Assembly (NCBI GenBank): GCA_965216465.1
Contig: CBDCFW010000005.1
Location: 192,001-256,000, forward strand
Direction: 5' to 3'
DNA from: Bacteroidia bacterium
GTDB taxonomy: Bacteria > Bacteroidota > Bacteroidia > NS11-12g > UBA9320
DNA length: 64,000 nt
Shown: positions 42,336 to 51,590 of the stretch, one piece after another
Layout: every line of letters starts with the position of its first letter
How positions within the stretch are numbered: the stretch's first letter is position 1
The notes under the pieces: model-generated
The model's database searches: none
Told to the model about the DNA's origin: nothing
What the model saw: only the letters and a program-made list of their open reading frames with translations
Program-made: the position numbers and the translations under genes

Positions 42336-43642
42336 TAAATTGGTATACCCATTAGATCAAATGCTTCCGCGGATTCAATCTTTACATTAACAAAGTCCCC
42401 AGTTCGAATATATCCTGAACTAATAGGTATTATCACTTCGTTATCAACTTCCGGGGAGTCAAACTGTGTTCTGCCGATATAGCTATCTCCTTCTATCCTA
42501 TCAATAAGAACTTTTTGATGGGTGTTGACTAACTCTTGGTTTAAACGATATGAAATATCATGCTGAAGGTTCATTAAGTCAGCTGCTCGTCTTTCTTTTT
42601 CTTCTTCTGAAACATGATCTTCTAATGTATAAGCATGAGTTCCTTCCTCGTGAGAGTAGGTAAATACTCCCAATCGGTTGAACTGGTAGTCTGCGATAAA
42701 CTCTTTTAGCTCTTCATATTCCTCCTCATACTCACCTGGATGACCAACTAACATGGTGGTTCTCAAAGCTATACCCTTAACCTCATCACGTATACGATCA
42801 AGCACTTCAATGGTTCTTCTTTTCGTAATTCCTCTACGCATAGACTTCAAAACGTTATCAGAAATGTGTTGAACAGGAATATCCAAATACTTACATATGT
42901 TGGGCTTACTGTTCATAATAGGAAGTACTTCAAATGGAAATTTAGATGGATATGCGTAATGTAAACGTATCCAATCTAATCCTTCAACATCACTTAATCG
43001 ATCGAGTAACTCATGAAGTCTGCGTTCACCATACAAATCAATTCCGTAGAATGTAGAATCTTGGGCAATCAACATAATTTCCTTAACTCCATCACGCACC
43101 AAAGTTTTTGTTTCAGCAACTAAATCCTCAATAGGTTTTGAAACGTGATTCCCACGCATCAAAGGAATTGCACAAAATGAGCAAGGACGATCGCATCCTT
43201 CAGATATTTTCATGTAGGCAAAGTGTTTTGCTACTGATGACTTTCTTTCGCCAAGAAGTTCTTTACGGTAATCTACACCAACCTGACTCAAAAGTTGAGG
43301 GAGTTCAAAAGTCCCGTACCACTTATCAACTTCAGGAATTTCGGGAGAAAGATCTTCTTTATACCGCTGGCTTAAACACCCGGTTACAATGAGCTTCTCG
43401 ATATTCCCTTCCTTCTTTTCTTCAGCAAACTGAAGGATGGTATCAATACTTTCTTGTTTCGCGTTATCAATAAACCCACATGTATTTACAATAATGGTAT
43501 CAGCTCCTTCTGTATTTTCATGTTCAGCATTTACATTTCCACTTCTAAGCTGAGACATAAGTACTTCAGAGTCAACAGTGTTTTTTGAGCAGCCAAGTGT
43601 AACTACTGCAACTTTATTGGGTTTATGACTTTTTGTTCTCAT
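42335..43642 (-). CDS. rimO: Ribosomal protein uS12 methylthiotransferase RimO
   Basis: 435 aa; LGCSKNTVDSE, NTCGFI, CDRPCSFC radical-SAM motif, DSPEVD TRAM domain. Confidence 0.96.
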   Translation of the reverse strand: MRTKSHKPNKVAVVTLGCSKNTVDSEVLMSQLRSGNVNAEHENTEGADTIIVNTCGFIDNAKQESIDTILQFAEEKKEGNIEKLIVTGCLSQRYKEDLSPEIPEVDKWYGTFELPQLLSQVGVDYRKELLGERKSSVAKHFAYMKISEGCDRPCSFCAIPLMRGNHVSKPIEDLVAETKTLVRDGVKEIMLIAQDSTFYGIDLYGERRLHELLDRLSDVEGLDWIRLHYAYPSKFPFEVLPIMNSKPNICKYLDIPVQHISDNVLKSMRRGITKRRTIEVLDRIRDEVKGIALRTTMLVGHPGEYEEEYEELKEFIADYQFNRLGVFTYSHEEGTHAYTLEDHVSEEEKERRAADLMNLQHDISYRLNQELVNTHQKVLIDRIEGDSYIGRTQFDSPEVDNEVIIPISSGYIRTGDFVNVKIESAEAFDLMGIPI

Positions 43643-44589
43643 GAATTAAATAATGACTCTACAAAGCTTGTACTATCAAACAACTGAAGGTCATTCATTT
43701 GTTCACCAACACCTATATATTTTACGGGTACATTAAACTGATCGCTGATTCCAACCACAACACCACCTTTTGCTGTTCCATCTAATTTAGTTAGTGCCAA
43801 GGCATTAACTTCAGTTGCAGCGGTAAATTGTTTCGCTTGCTCAAAAGCATTTTGTCCGGTAGAAGCATCTAGCACTAGAAGAACTTCATGCGGTGCTCCT
43901 TCCACCTGTCGATCCATAACACGTTTGATTTTAGAGAGCTCATTCATCAAGTTCACTTTATTATGAAGACGACCAGCTGTATCAATTATTACCACGTCTG
44001 CATTGTTTTCTTTGCCATATTTCACCGCTTCAAAGGCAACGGCTGCAGGATCTGTGTTCATGCCTTTCGACACCACTTCTACTCCAACGCGATCTCCCCA
44101 AATTTTAATTTGGTCAACCGCTGCGGCACGAAATGTATCTGCAGCTCCAAGTACTACTTTTAAGCCTTGGCTTTTGAACATATTCGAGAGTTTACCTATA
44201 GTAGTTGTTTTACCAACACCATTAACGCCCACAACCATAATCACATATGGCTTAGTCTCAGTGTTTTTGACATTGGTTTCTGTTTCCGATAGAAGATCAG
44301 CAATTTCTTCTTTTAGCATTGTATTTAGCTCTGTTTCACCGAGATATTTATCCTTTGAAACGCGCTCTTCAATGCGATCAATAATTTTAACAGTTGTATT
44401 TACTCCGACATCTGAAGAAATCAATATTTCTTCTAGGTCGTCGAGAAAGTCGTCGTCAATTTTACTTTTACCTACAACGGCTTTTGATATTTTAGATATG
44501 AAAGATCCTCTGGTTTTTTCCAGACTCTCATCTAATCTTTCCTTTTGTTCTTCAGAAGGTTTCTTCTTAAAAAAATCAAACAATCCCAT
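43639..44589 (-). CDS. ftsY: Signal recognition particle receptor FtsY
   Basis: 316 aa; [32 protein letters not shown]. Confidence 0.97.
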   Translation of the reverse strand: MGLFDFFKKKPSEEQKERLDESLEKTRGSFISKISKAVVGKSKIDDDFLDDLEEILISSDVGVNTTVKIIDRIEERVSKDKYLGETELNTMLKEEIADLLSETETNVKNTETKPYVIMVVGVNGVGKTTTIGKLSNMFKSQGLKVVLGAADTFRAAAVDQIKIWGDRVGVEVVSKGMNTDPAAVAFEAVKYGKENNADVVIIDTAGRLHNKVNLMNELSKIKRVMDRQVEGAPHEVLLVLDASTGQNAFEQAKQFTAATEVNALALTKLDGTAKGGVVVGISDQFNVPVKYIGVGEQMNDLQLFDSTSFVESLFNS

Positions 44590-44600
44590 GGTCTTATAAC

Positions 44601-44633
44601 AAAAAAAGCTTCCAATTATACATTAGAAGCTTT
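44601..44633 (-). terminator. Internal terminator between the ribosomal protein genes and ftsY
   Basis: AAAGCTTC/GAAGCTTT stem with T7 on the minus strand. Confidence 0.65.
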
Positions 44634-44656
44634 AATAATATCGTTTTTAGATGTAT

Positions 44657-44812
44657 TTATTTAGCCAATCGTTCTTTTACCGATTCTGTTGGCATCATTT
44701 CTTCTCTAAAAGTATATGCTCCAGTTTTCTCAGATCTTTCGCATCTAATTACTTTAGCCCAAGTTCTTCCTGAACCTGCTTTCTTTAACGTTGCTACTAC
44801 TTTCTTTGCCAT
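44657..44812 (-). CDS. DUF4295 family protein / Bacteroidota ribosomal protein bL38 (not in ORF track)
   Basis: 51 aa, MAKKVVATLKKAGSGRTWAKVIRCERSEKTGAYTFREEMMPTESVKERLAK; starts 1 nt after the rpmG stop. Confidence 0.9.
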   Translation of the reverse strand: MAKKVVATLKKAGSGRTWAKVIRCERSEKTGAYTFREEMMPTESVKERLAK

Positions 44813-44813
44813 C

Positions 44814-44996
44814 TTATTTTATTTCTTTATGAACAGTTACTCTTTTTAAGTAAGGATTGTACTTCTTAAGCTCGATACGCTCAGTAGTATTTCTCTTATT
44901 TTTCGTGGTAATATATCTAGACATACCAGGAACGTTGCTACCTTTTTGCTCGGTGCATTCTAAAATTACTTGAACTCTATTTCCTTTCTTCGCCAT
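44814..44996 (-). CDS. rpmG: 50S ribosomal protein bL33
   Basis: 60 aa; [40 protein letters not shown]. Confidence 0.97.
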   Translation of the reverse strand: MAKKGNRVQVILECTEQKGSNVPGMSRYITTKNKRNTTERIELKKYNPYLKRVTVHKEIK

Positions 44997-44999
44997 GGC

Positions 45000-45233
45000 T
45001 TATATTTTTCCTTTTTTTAACAAACTATTTAAGCAAGCACTAATTCCTTTTTTGTTAATCGTTTTTAACGCAGAAGTGCTCACTTTTAATGTAATCCACT
45101 CATCTTGCTCAGGAAGATAGAATCTCTTGGTTTGAAGATTTGGATAAAATCTTCTTTTAGTCTTTCTATTCGAGTGAGACACTCGGTTACCGGTTAAGGC
45201 CTTCTTTCCTGTTAAATCACATACTCTAGACAT
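45000..45233 (-). CDS. rpmB: 50S ribosomal protein bL28
   Basis: 77 aa; MSRVCDLTGK, GNRVSHSNRKTKRRFYPNLQ. Confidence 0.97.
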   Translation of the reverse strand: MSRVCDLTGKKALTGNRVSHSNRKTKRRFYPNLQTKRFYLPEQDEWITLKVSTSALKTINKKGISACLNSLLKKGKI

Positions 45234-45286
45234 ACCTCTAATTTTTAGGGCTGCAAAGATGTTATTAATTTTTTATATATCCAACA

Positions 45287-46495
45287 CTAAGGATATAAAA
45301 GATACAATTTTCTTTTCTGCTTGTAGGCCACAAGATCTTCTTGCCACGATTCTCGAATCTCGTCTTCTTGCAATCCGCTCTCTATCTGTGACTTAAGCTT
45401 ACTATTTCCGCTCAACTTAAGAAAGAAATCTCTAAAATACGGTCCATCAGCTAAGGTGTTTTTTGAATAAAATTCGAGCATCCATGATAAATTTAGTTTC
45501 GGATTCTCAAAAAACGAGCTGTCCTTAACAATTGTAATCACTTGTCCATAACAAACCTCTCCTTTATACTTTGGATTTTCCGAAACTCCAGGAATTCCTC
45601 TTGGTACAAACTTGAATACACCATCGTAACTTGGTTTTCCCACAATCTGGAATGGAGTTTCTGTGCCTCGACCAATACTGACGTTTGTTCCTTCAAACAG
45701 TCCTAAAAATGGATACAAATACACGGAATTCATGTTCGGTAAGTTAGGTGATGGTTTTATAGGCAGCTGATACAAACTTTGGTGCGTGTAGTTCTTGCAC
45801 GGCACCACTTGTAAATTACAAACTGCGCCCCCTCTCAACCAGCCTTCACCGTTAATCATCAAGGCTAATTCAGCCACGGTTAAGCCGTGAACAATGGGTA
45901 TGGGATGCATACCAATAAAGGATTTATACTCTGGGTCTAAAACCGGACCATCAACATAAAATCCATTTGGATTGGGTCGATCAAGTACAATCATGTTCTT
46001 ATCAAATTCTGCACATGCCTCCATTACATAGTGCATGGTAGAGATAAATGTATAAAACCGAACACCTACGTCTTGAATATCGAAGATTACAACATCTAAA
46101 TCATTCATCATTTCTGCAGACGGCTTTTTGTTTTTGCCATATAGTGAAACAACCGGCAACCCTGATTTTTCATCTATGCCATCTTTTATAACAGCTCCGT
46201 CGCTATGGTCTCCTCGAAACCCATGCTCAGGGGCAAAAACTTTTACAATATCTACCCCTAAAGATTGCAGCGTATCAACTAGATGAACATGATTAATTAC
46301 TGATGTTTGATTCACCACCAACCCTACTCTTTTATGTCTCAAATTTGGCAGGTACTCCATAATTTGTTCAGCCCCTAGAATTATGTCGCTAGATTGAGCA
46401 GAATTCTCATGATTTATTCCAGAATTTGTTTTATCGGCAGACTGACATGCAATAAATGCAGACATTAAAATCGTTATTACCAGTATTTTCCTCAT
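45287..46495 (-). CDS. Exo-beta-N-acetylmuramidase NamZ family (DUF1343) lipoprotein
   Basis: 402 aa; lipobox FIAC, VVNQTS, FAPEHGFRG, FDIQDVGVRFYTF, LDRPNP, PSPNLP, GRGT. Confidence 0.9.
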   Translation of the reverse strand: MRKILVITILMSAFIACQSADKTNSGINHENSAQSSDIILGAEQIMEYLPNLRHKRVGLVVNQTSVINHVHLVDTLQSLGVDIVKVFAPEHGFRGDHSDGAVIKDGIDEKSGLPVVSLYGKNKKPSAEMMNDLDVVIFDIQDVGVRFYTFISTMHYVMEACAEFDKNMIVLDRPNPNGFYVDGPVLDPEYKSFIGMHPIPIVHGLTVAELALMINGEGWLRGGAVCNLQVVPCKNYTHQSLYQLPIKPSPNLPNMNSVYLYPFLGLFEGTNVSIGRGTETPFQIVGKPSYDGVFKFVPRGIPGVSENPKYKGEVCYGQVITIVKDSSFFENPKLNLSWMLEFYSKNTLADGPYFRDFFLKLSGNSKLKSQIESGLQEDEIRESWQEDLVAYKQKRKLYLLYP

Positions 46496-46522
46496 TTATT
46501 TTAATCTTGCGGCGTCAAAAGT

Positions 46523-47743
46523 ATGCAATTTGGATACTACATAGCTAAGAAACTGAGTTTTAAGCATCCTCAGTCATTCACCAAAACCATAACGCGTTTA
46601 GCAATAGCTGCAGTATCTATTAGCGTATGTGTTGTTATTCTTGCTTTTGGTATTCTACTTGGATTTAAAAAGGAAATTCAAGAGAAAGTATCGGGCTATA
46701 CCGGCGATATCACAATTACTAAATACCAACTCACAAAAGGAAACGAGAACAATCTTTTTCCTGTGTCACCTGGTCTAACCGATAGCTTGAATCGAATTGC
46801 AGGTATAAAAAACACATTTTCCTATATTAATAAGGCAGGAATTATTAAATCTGATTCAGTTCTAGAAGGCCTAATTTTTAAAGGTGTTCCTTACAATTAT
46901 GATTTTAGCTTTTACAACAAACATTTAAAGAGAGGTCAAATTCCATCATACTCTGATTCTACTGACAGTTATGATATCTTGCTTTCAGAACACAGTGCTA
47001 GTTTATTAGCCGTTGATACCGGAGATCGTGTAAACTTGTTTTTTATTGAGAACAATGATGTAAAAAGAAGAAGGCCAAAAATCGTTGGAATATTCAATAC
47101 TGGTTTGCAGGAATTTGACAAACAATTTGCCATCGCAGACTTAAGGATGTTACAGAGAGTAGTATCTACCGACTACACCCAAATTGGTGGCTATGAAGTT
47201 CTGGTGAGCAGTTTTGAAGAAGTTGAGCAAGTTCAAGAAGCGATTACAAAGCAAATTGACTACAATCTTTCGGCTCAAACTGTAATCGACCTCTATCCTA
47301 CCATGTTCCAGTGGCTCGAAATTGTCGACACTAACGTGGTAGTTATTATCGTTTTGATGTTTGTTGTAGCCATTATTAACATCATTACTGTTTTACTAAT
47401 CTTAATCATCGACCGAATTCCTATGATCGGCTTATTTAAATCGATGGGTGCCAACACCCCTAAGATTATGAGTATTTTTAACTGGCAAGGCTTATTTATT
47501 GTAATTGGAGGAATTATACTCGGAAATATTATTGGTTTGGGTACTGCTTTTCTTCAAATCCGTTACCAATTGATAGGACTCCCAGCAGATACGTACTATA
47601 TGGATGCGGTACCATTCTATCTGCCCGCGATGCACATAGTTCTTATCAATTTAGGGGCCTTAGTCGTGTGCTTTTTGTTTACCTATTTGCCTGTAAAACT
47701 GGTGTCAAACGTGAAGCCAACGCAAAGCATCAACTTCCAATAA
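46523..47743 (+). CDS. LolC/LolE-family lipoprotein-release ABC permease
   Basis: 406 aa; N-terminal TM, GFKKEIQEKV, periplasmic domain, RIPMIGLFKSMG, TYYMDAVP. Confidence 0.85.
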   Translation: MQFGYYIAKKLSFKHPQSFTKTITRLAIAAVSISVCVVILAFGILLGFKKEIQEKVSGYTGDITITKYQLTKGNENNLFPVSPGLTDSLNRIAGIKNTFSYINKAGIIKSDSVLEGLIFKGVPYNYDFSFYNKHLKRGQIPSYSDSTDSYDILLSEHSASLLAVDTGDRVNLFFIENNDVKRRRPKIVGIFNTGLQEFDKQFAIADLRMLQRVVSTDYTQIGGYEVLVSSFEEVEQVQEAITKQIDYNLSAQTVIDLYPTMFQWLEIVDTNVVVIIVLMFVVAIINIITVLLILIIDRIPMIGLFKSMGANTPKIMSIFNWQGLFIVIGGIILGNIIGLGTAFLQIRYQLIGLPADTYYMDAVPFYLPAMHIVLINLGALVVCFLFTYLPVKLVSNVKPTQSINFQ

Positions 47744-47773
47744 TTTCCCATTTTTAGACTTTTTTGATTCATT

Positions 47774-47806
47774 TTTGGAATTTTGACAAATATTCTGTTA
47801 TATTCG
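47774..47806 (+). promoter_or_regulatory. Putative -33/-7 promoter with no downstream + strand CDS
   Basis: TTTG (47774-47777), 21-nt spacer, TATATTCG (47799-47806; one mismatch to TAnnTTTG). Confidence 0.55.
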
Positions 47807-47809
47807 TAC

Positions 47810-47938
47810 AGTGTGTTTACTACAATTTACTCCCTAACCTAACGGGATGAGGTTTTACGCACCTAACAGTAATTGAATATTATCCAATTTTAGTAAAATT
47901 ATACACTTAGTTTAAAAGCGGTTCAACCGCTTTTTTTT
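47810..47938 (+). ncRNA. Candidate structured small RNA, family unidentified
   Basis: Between a promoter and a terminator; 5' AGTGTG/TTTACTA pairs with 3' TAGTAAA/TACACT; internal hairpins; no ORF above about 10 codons seen on +. Confidence 0.5.
47914..47938. terminator. Probable bidirectional terminator
   Basis: AAAAGCGGT/ACCGCTTTT stem followed by T8. Confidence 0.85.
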
Positions 47939-48764
47939 ATAGTTCATTTCCACAGTTATCACAAAACTTGGCATTTTTTTTATGATCTCTATTGCCACAG
48001 TTTGAACACTCTATCTTGCTTGAGGCTGTGGCTACTTCAACTGACACAATCCCCGTAGGGACGGCAATAACGGCATAACCTAAAATCATAAGTGCTGCAC
48101 TTAAGAACTGACCCAATGCTGTTACTGGTGCAATATCTCCATAGCCAACGGTTGTCAACGTTACAATCGCCCAATAAATGCTCCTCGGAATACTGGTAAA
48201 ACCAGCTTCTGGCGGCTCAATTGTAAACATGATGGTTCCCATCACGATAACGATAATTAAGATGACTGCGAAGAATACAATGATCTTAGCACTGGCTCTT
48301 TTAATCGCCTGTCCTAAGCTTCGAGCTTCAATCATAAAACTCTTTAGGCGCAAAATTCTAAAAATTCGAATTAGCCTGACGATTCTAAGAATTCGGAACA
48401 ATTCAGGTCCTTGAAAAAAGAAGCCAAGATACGTTGGTATAGTAGCGAAGAGGTCAATGATTCCCCAAAAACTTGTAACATATTTTCTTGGATTCTCGCT
48501 TACATAGATACGAATCAGGTATTCTATAGTAAACAAGATGGTAAAGAAGTATTCTAAATACTTAAGGTATTTGCCATAGGTGCGGTTAATATCTGGCACA
48601 CTTTCGGCCATAATTGCCAATACACTTAAAAGAATGGCCCAAAGCAGGGCAATATCAAACCTTCTTGCTTCAGACGTATCGGCACCAGAAATAATGTCGT
48701 TCCACTTTTCTTTTCTGGACTTATAATTACGGTCTTTGAGAGATGGGTATTTTGCCATTAGCAC
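47937..48764 (-). CDS. Voltage-gated-type potassium channel (ion transporter) with C-terminal zinc ribbon
   Basis: S4-like RILRIVRLIRIFRILRL, filter TTVGYGD, CSNC...CDNC; start TTG/GTG-type 48764 or ATG 48758. Confidence 0.9.
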   Translation of the reverse strand: MLMAKYPSLKDRNYKSRKEKWNDIISGADTSEARRFDIALLWAILLSVLAIMAESVPDINRTYGKYLKYLEYFFTILFTIEYLIRIYVSENPRKYVTSFWGIIDLFATIPTYLGFFFQGPELFRILRIVRLIRIFRILRLKSFMIEARSLGQAIKRASAKIIVFFAVILIIVIVMGTIMFTIEPPEAGFTSIPRSIYWAIVTLTTVGYGDIAPVTALGQFLSAALMILGYAVIAVPTGIVSVEVATASSKIECSNCGNRDHKKNAKFCDNCGNEL

Positions 48765-48812
48765 TTCAAAGATATAAAATCATACCTGCTAAAGCACTGA
48801 GTTTTAGAATTC

Positions 48813-49556
48813 TTACTCGAGGTCGTTGATCTTGTACTTGATTCCAAAATAAATTCCAAGAGCCGTGCCTTTATTTACAATACTTACCCCTGTTTCGGAT
48901 CGAGGACCTACATTTTGGGCATAAGCTACGTTGAACTCATTAATAGCCAAGTTAGATGCCCTAGCTGAACAGCCAAAATCAATAGCCATATCGTCGTTAA
49001 TGTTTCGGTAGAATCCAAAATCTCCGCGAAAAATTAAAAACCCTCCTTCAAAACCATTAGAATACAATGTTACGTCAACCGTTTCAACAGGCTCTTCCAA
49101 CCGCTGAATTTGCTCTGATATAATCTCTGTACCTGTCTGGTCAAGCTTTTTATTTAAAAACAGATTCATTCCGAAATTGGTATAGACCATCCACTTTTCG
49201 GATAAATACTTACGGTATGACCCCAGGGCAGCAATTTGATACGATGTATAAGTTGGATAAATTCTGTCCTTAAACACCAAAACCTCATCACCAGAAATAT
49301 TTTGTACCGGAATTTGAAACTTAACGGAATAATCATTCTTCAATATGCCTAGTTCGGCGCTTAAATTTTGATTAAACCTTCTTCCTAAATAAAAACCCGC
49401 TCCAACATCTACATGGGGCAATAACTCAAGGTGCTTTGCATTTTCCAGCTGGTGAAACTCCATCTTAGGACCCATATTAATTCTAAAGTAGTGAACGTTT
49501 TGAGCGTGCGCGATTGATGCAATAACAAGTATTAGAAAGATTGAAAAGATTCTCAT
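48813..49556 (-). CDS. Hypothetical outer-membrane beta-barrel protein
   Basis: 247 aa; signal peptide, alternating beta-strand pattern, C-terminal GIYFGIKYKI. Confidence 0.65.
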   Translation of the reverse strand: MRIFSIFLILVIASIAHAQNVHYFRINMGPKMEFHQLENAKHLELLPHVDVGAGFYLGRRFNQNLSAELGILKNDYSVKFQIPVQNISGDEVLVFKDRIYPTYTSYQIAALGSYRKYLSEKWMVYTNFGMNLFLNKKLDQTGTEIISEQIQRLEEPVETVDVTLYSNGFEGGFLIFRGDFGFYRNINDDMAIDFGCSARASNLAINEFNVAYAQNVGPRSETGVSIVNKGTALGIYFGIKYKINDLE

Positions 49557-50149
49557 AAAAGCTTTAGTTGGAGTTCTTTCAAAGTAAAGCTTTTCCGATG
49601 GAAATCTTGATAGCCAAATTTCTCAATGGCCGCTCTGTGTTGAGCAGTGCCATATCCTTTATGCTTTTCGAAACCATATTCGGGAAAATCCAGTCCAAGT
49701 TTTTTCATGTACTCGTCTCGGTGTGTTTTTGCCAAAATACTAGCTGCAGCAATGGGTTTAAACTTTCCATCACCCTTAATCACAGTGGTATGGTTGTAAC
49801 CATCTAAAGGCTTAAATCGGTTTCCATCTATTAATAGGTGGTCTGGTCTTGTATTTAATTGCTCCACCGCTCGGTGCATTGCAAGTATGCTTGCATTTAA
49901 AATATTGATGCGGTCAATTTCGCGTTCAGTGCAAGAAGCAACTGCCCAAGCTATTGCCTTCTCTTCAATCAATTCTCTTAGCTCGTTGCGTACCGATTCT
50001 TTAATCTTTTTTGAATCATTTAAGCTTGGTAATCGAATGCCGGAAGGAAGAATAACCGCAGCTGCATACACGGGCCCTGCTAAGCAACCTCTTCCTGCTT
50101 CATCGCATCCCGCTTCAATTAATCCTTTATGCATATACGGCTTAAGCAT
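49553..50149 (-). CDS. rnhB: Ribonuclease HII
   Basis: AGCDEAGRGCLAGPV, LNDSKK, LIDGN, KGD, AAASILAK, HKGYGT, HRKSF; ATG 50149 preferred over the track's 50179. Confidence 0.96.
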   Translation of the reverse strand: MLKPYMHKGLIEAGCDEAGRGCLAGPVYAAAVILPSGIRLPSLNDSKKIKESVRNELRELIEEKAIAWAVASCTEREIDRINILNASILAMHRAVEQLNTRPDHLLIDGNRFKPLDGYNHTTVIKGDGKFKPIAAASILAKTHRDEYMKKLGLDFPEYGFEKHKGYGTAQHRAAIEKFGYQDFHRKSFTLKELQLKLL

Positions 50150-50153
50150 TAGA

Positions 50154-50172
50154 CAAAAATAACATAAGTTTG
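50154..50172. promoter_or_regulatory. Back-to-back divergent -7 elements for rnhB and the methyltransferase
   Basis: Minus TATTTTTG at 50154-50161; plus TAAGTTTG at 50165-50172. Confidence 0.6.
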
Positions 50173-50181
50173 CGGCCACAA

Positions 50182-50907
50182 ATGCTCAAGTATAGAGACG
50201 TTATATACAACAACTATTTTTCGAACCAGGTTAACAAACTTGAAGTCGATCATCAGGCACTTCTTCTTCAACAAGCCGAACATAACCGTCGCGAATTAAT
50301 TCCACTTCTTCCCAAAGACAAATCATCAAAAATTGTTGATTTAGGATGTGGATTTGGGACCTTTGTTCGTGCTGCATTAGATGCTGGTTACCAAAACACT
50401 ACTGGCTACGACATTAGTCAAGAACAAGTAGCAGTTGCCAATAAGTTGGGTATGTCTCAGGTTAAGGAAAGTAGCATTGAAGCCTATTTTGAATTGAATG
50501 AAAAGTCGGACGTAATTATCGGCTTAGACATTATTGAGCACTTCACAAAAGATGAGTTAATGCAATTCCTTCAGCAAGCAAAGCAATCGCTCAACCCTGG
50601 AGGAAAGGTAATATTTAGAACACCTAACATGGATGCACCACAAACTTCTGTTTATGCCTATGGCGACATCAGTCACGAAGTGTTTTTAAATAAAAGTTCG
50701 GCTTTACAAGTTTTTCAAAGCAACGGCTTTAAAAACATTGAGGTATTTGGAGGATTGGTAAGAAACAGCAACCCCGTTAAAGAGCTTATCAGATATTGTG
50801 GCTGGAGCTTGTACAAATTCTGCAAAAAATTAGTCTTATTCTCGTCAGCTAGAACGTGGCACAACGTGGTATTTGAACCCAATTTAATTATTGTAGCTGA
50901 AGCTTAA
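50182..50907 (+). CDS. Class I SAM-dependent methyltransferase
   Basis: VDLGCGFG motif I, GYDIS, LDIIEH, LNPGG..FRTPN; ATG 50182 preferred over TTG 50170. Confidence 0.85.
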   Translation: MLKYRDVIYNNYFSNQVNKLEVDHQALLLQQAEHNRRELIPLLPKDKSSKIVDLGCGFGTFVRAALDAGYQNTTGYDISQEQVAVANKLGMSQVKESSIEAYFELNEKSDVIIGLDIIEHFTKDELMQFLQQAKQSLNPGGKVIFRTPNMDAPQTSVYAYGDISHEVFLNKSSALQVFQSNGFKNIEVFGGLVRNSNPVKELIRYCGWSLYKFCKKLVLFSSARTWHNVVFEPNLIIVAEA

Positions 50908-51590
50908 GCAAAAAGTGGGTCCAACTCTACATTCCCTTCTTCAATTTTATATACCGATCCCGGAAATTTATTGATAATTCGATAGTTGTGGGTTGCTATG
51001 AGCAATGCTGTTCCATTTTCGGCAATGCTTAACAGCAAACTCATGATATCGTCGGCAATTTCAGGATCTAAGTTACCTGTCGGCTCATCAGCCAGTATTA
51101 ATTTAGGGTCGTTTAGCAAGGCTCTCGCAATAACCACACGTTGCTGTTCACCTCCCGACAATTGATGTGGCATCTTGTGCTTCACATCTAACAAGCGCAC
51201 ACTTTCAAGCACGTGCATTATTCTGTTTGCGATTTTAGCTTTGTCTTTCCAATCTGTTGCCCTAAGCGTAAATTCTAAGTTAGCCTCTACCGTTCTATCC
51301 ATTAGAAGGCGAAAGTCTTGAAATATCATCCCAATTCTTCTTCTCAGAAATGGGATATCATCTTTATCCAAATCCAGTAAGCTATAATCCGTTACGCGCC
51401 CTAATCCTTCTTTCAAGGGCAAGTCAGCATAAAGCGTTTTAAGCAAACTTGATTTTCCACTTCCTGTTTTCCCGATAACATAAGAGAACTCTCCCGTAGC
51501 AATCCGCATATTCACATCGCTCAATACCTTAACCCCGTTGTGTTGGATAACATTGGCGTGTTTTAGTTCTGCTACAATTTTATTCATCAA
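50904..51590 (-). CDS. ftsE: FtsE-like ABC ATP-binding protein
   Basis: 228 aa; GKTGSGKS, IPFLRRRIGMIFQDFRLL, LSGGEQQR, ADEPTGNLDP, ATH. Confidence 0.8.
   Translation of the reverse strand: MMNKIVAELKHANVIQHNGVKVLSDVNMRIATGEFSYVIGKTGSGKSSLLKTLYADLPLKEGLGRVTDYSLLDLDKDDIPFLRRRIGMIFQDFRLLMDRTVEANLEFTLRATDWKDKAKIANRIMHVLESVRLLDVKHKMPHQLSGGEQQRVVIARALLNDPKLILADEPTGNLDPEIADDIMSLLLSIAENGTALLIATHNYRIINKFPGSVYKIEEGNVELDPLFA

Noticed and set aside
44003-44599. 198-aa + strand ORF and the many other 60-150 aa ORFs overlapping annotated genes
   Set aside because: They are antisense or alternate-frame shadows of well-conserved genes (here ftsY), with no recognisable motifs.
45234-45240. SD-like AGAGGT upstream of rpmB
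   Set aside because: It directly abuts the ATG (zero spacing), so it cannot act as a Shine-Dalgarno for that start.
47810-47907. tRNA, SRP RNA or small-protein gene as the identity of the intergenic structured element
   Set aside because: It has no GTTCRA T-loop or CCA end and no SRP CAGG/GGAA/AGCA motif. The + strand ORFs (GTG 47811, ATG 47847) are only 8-9 codons.
50182-50907. Methyltransferase as a restriction-modification DNA methylase
   Set aside because: It lacks DPPY/NPPY or PC catalytic motifs and looks like a small-molecule or glycan class I methyltransferase.
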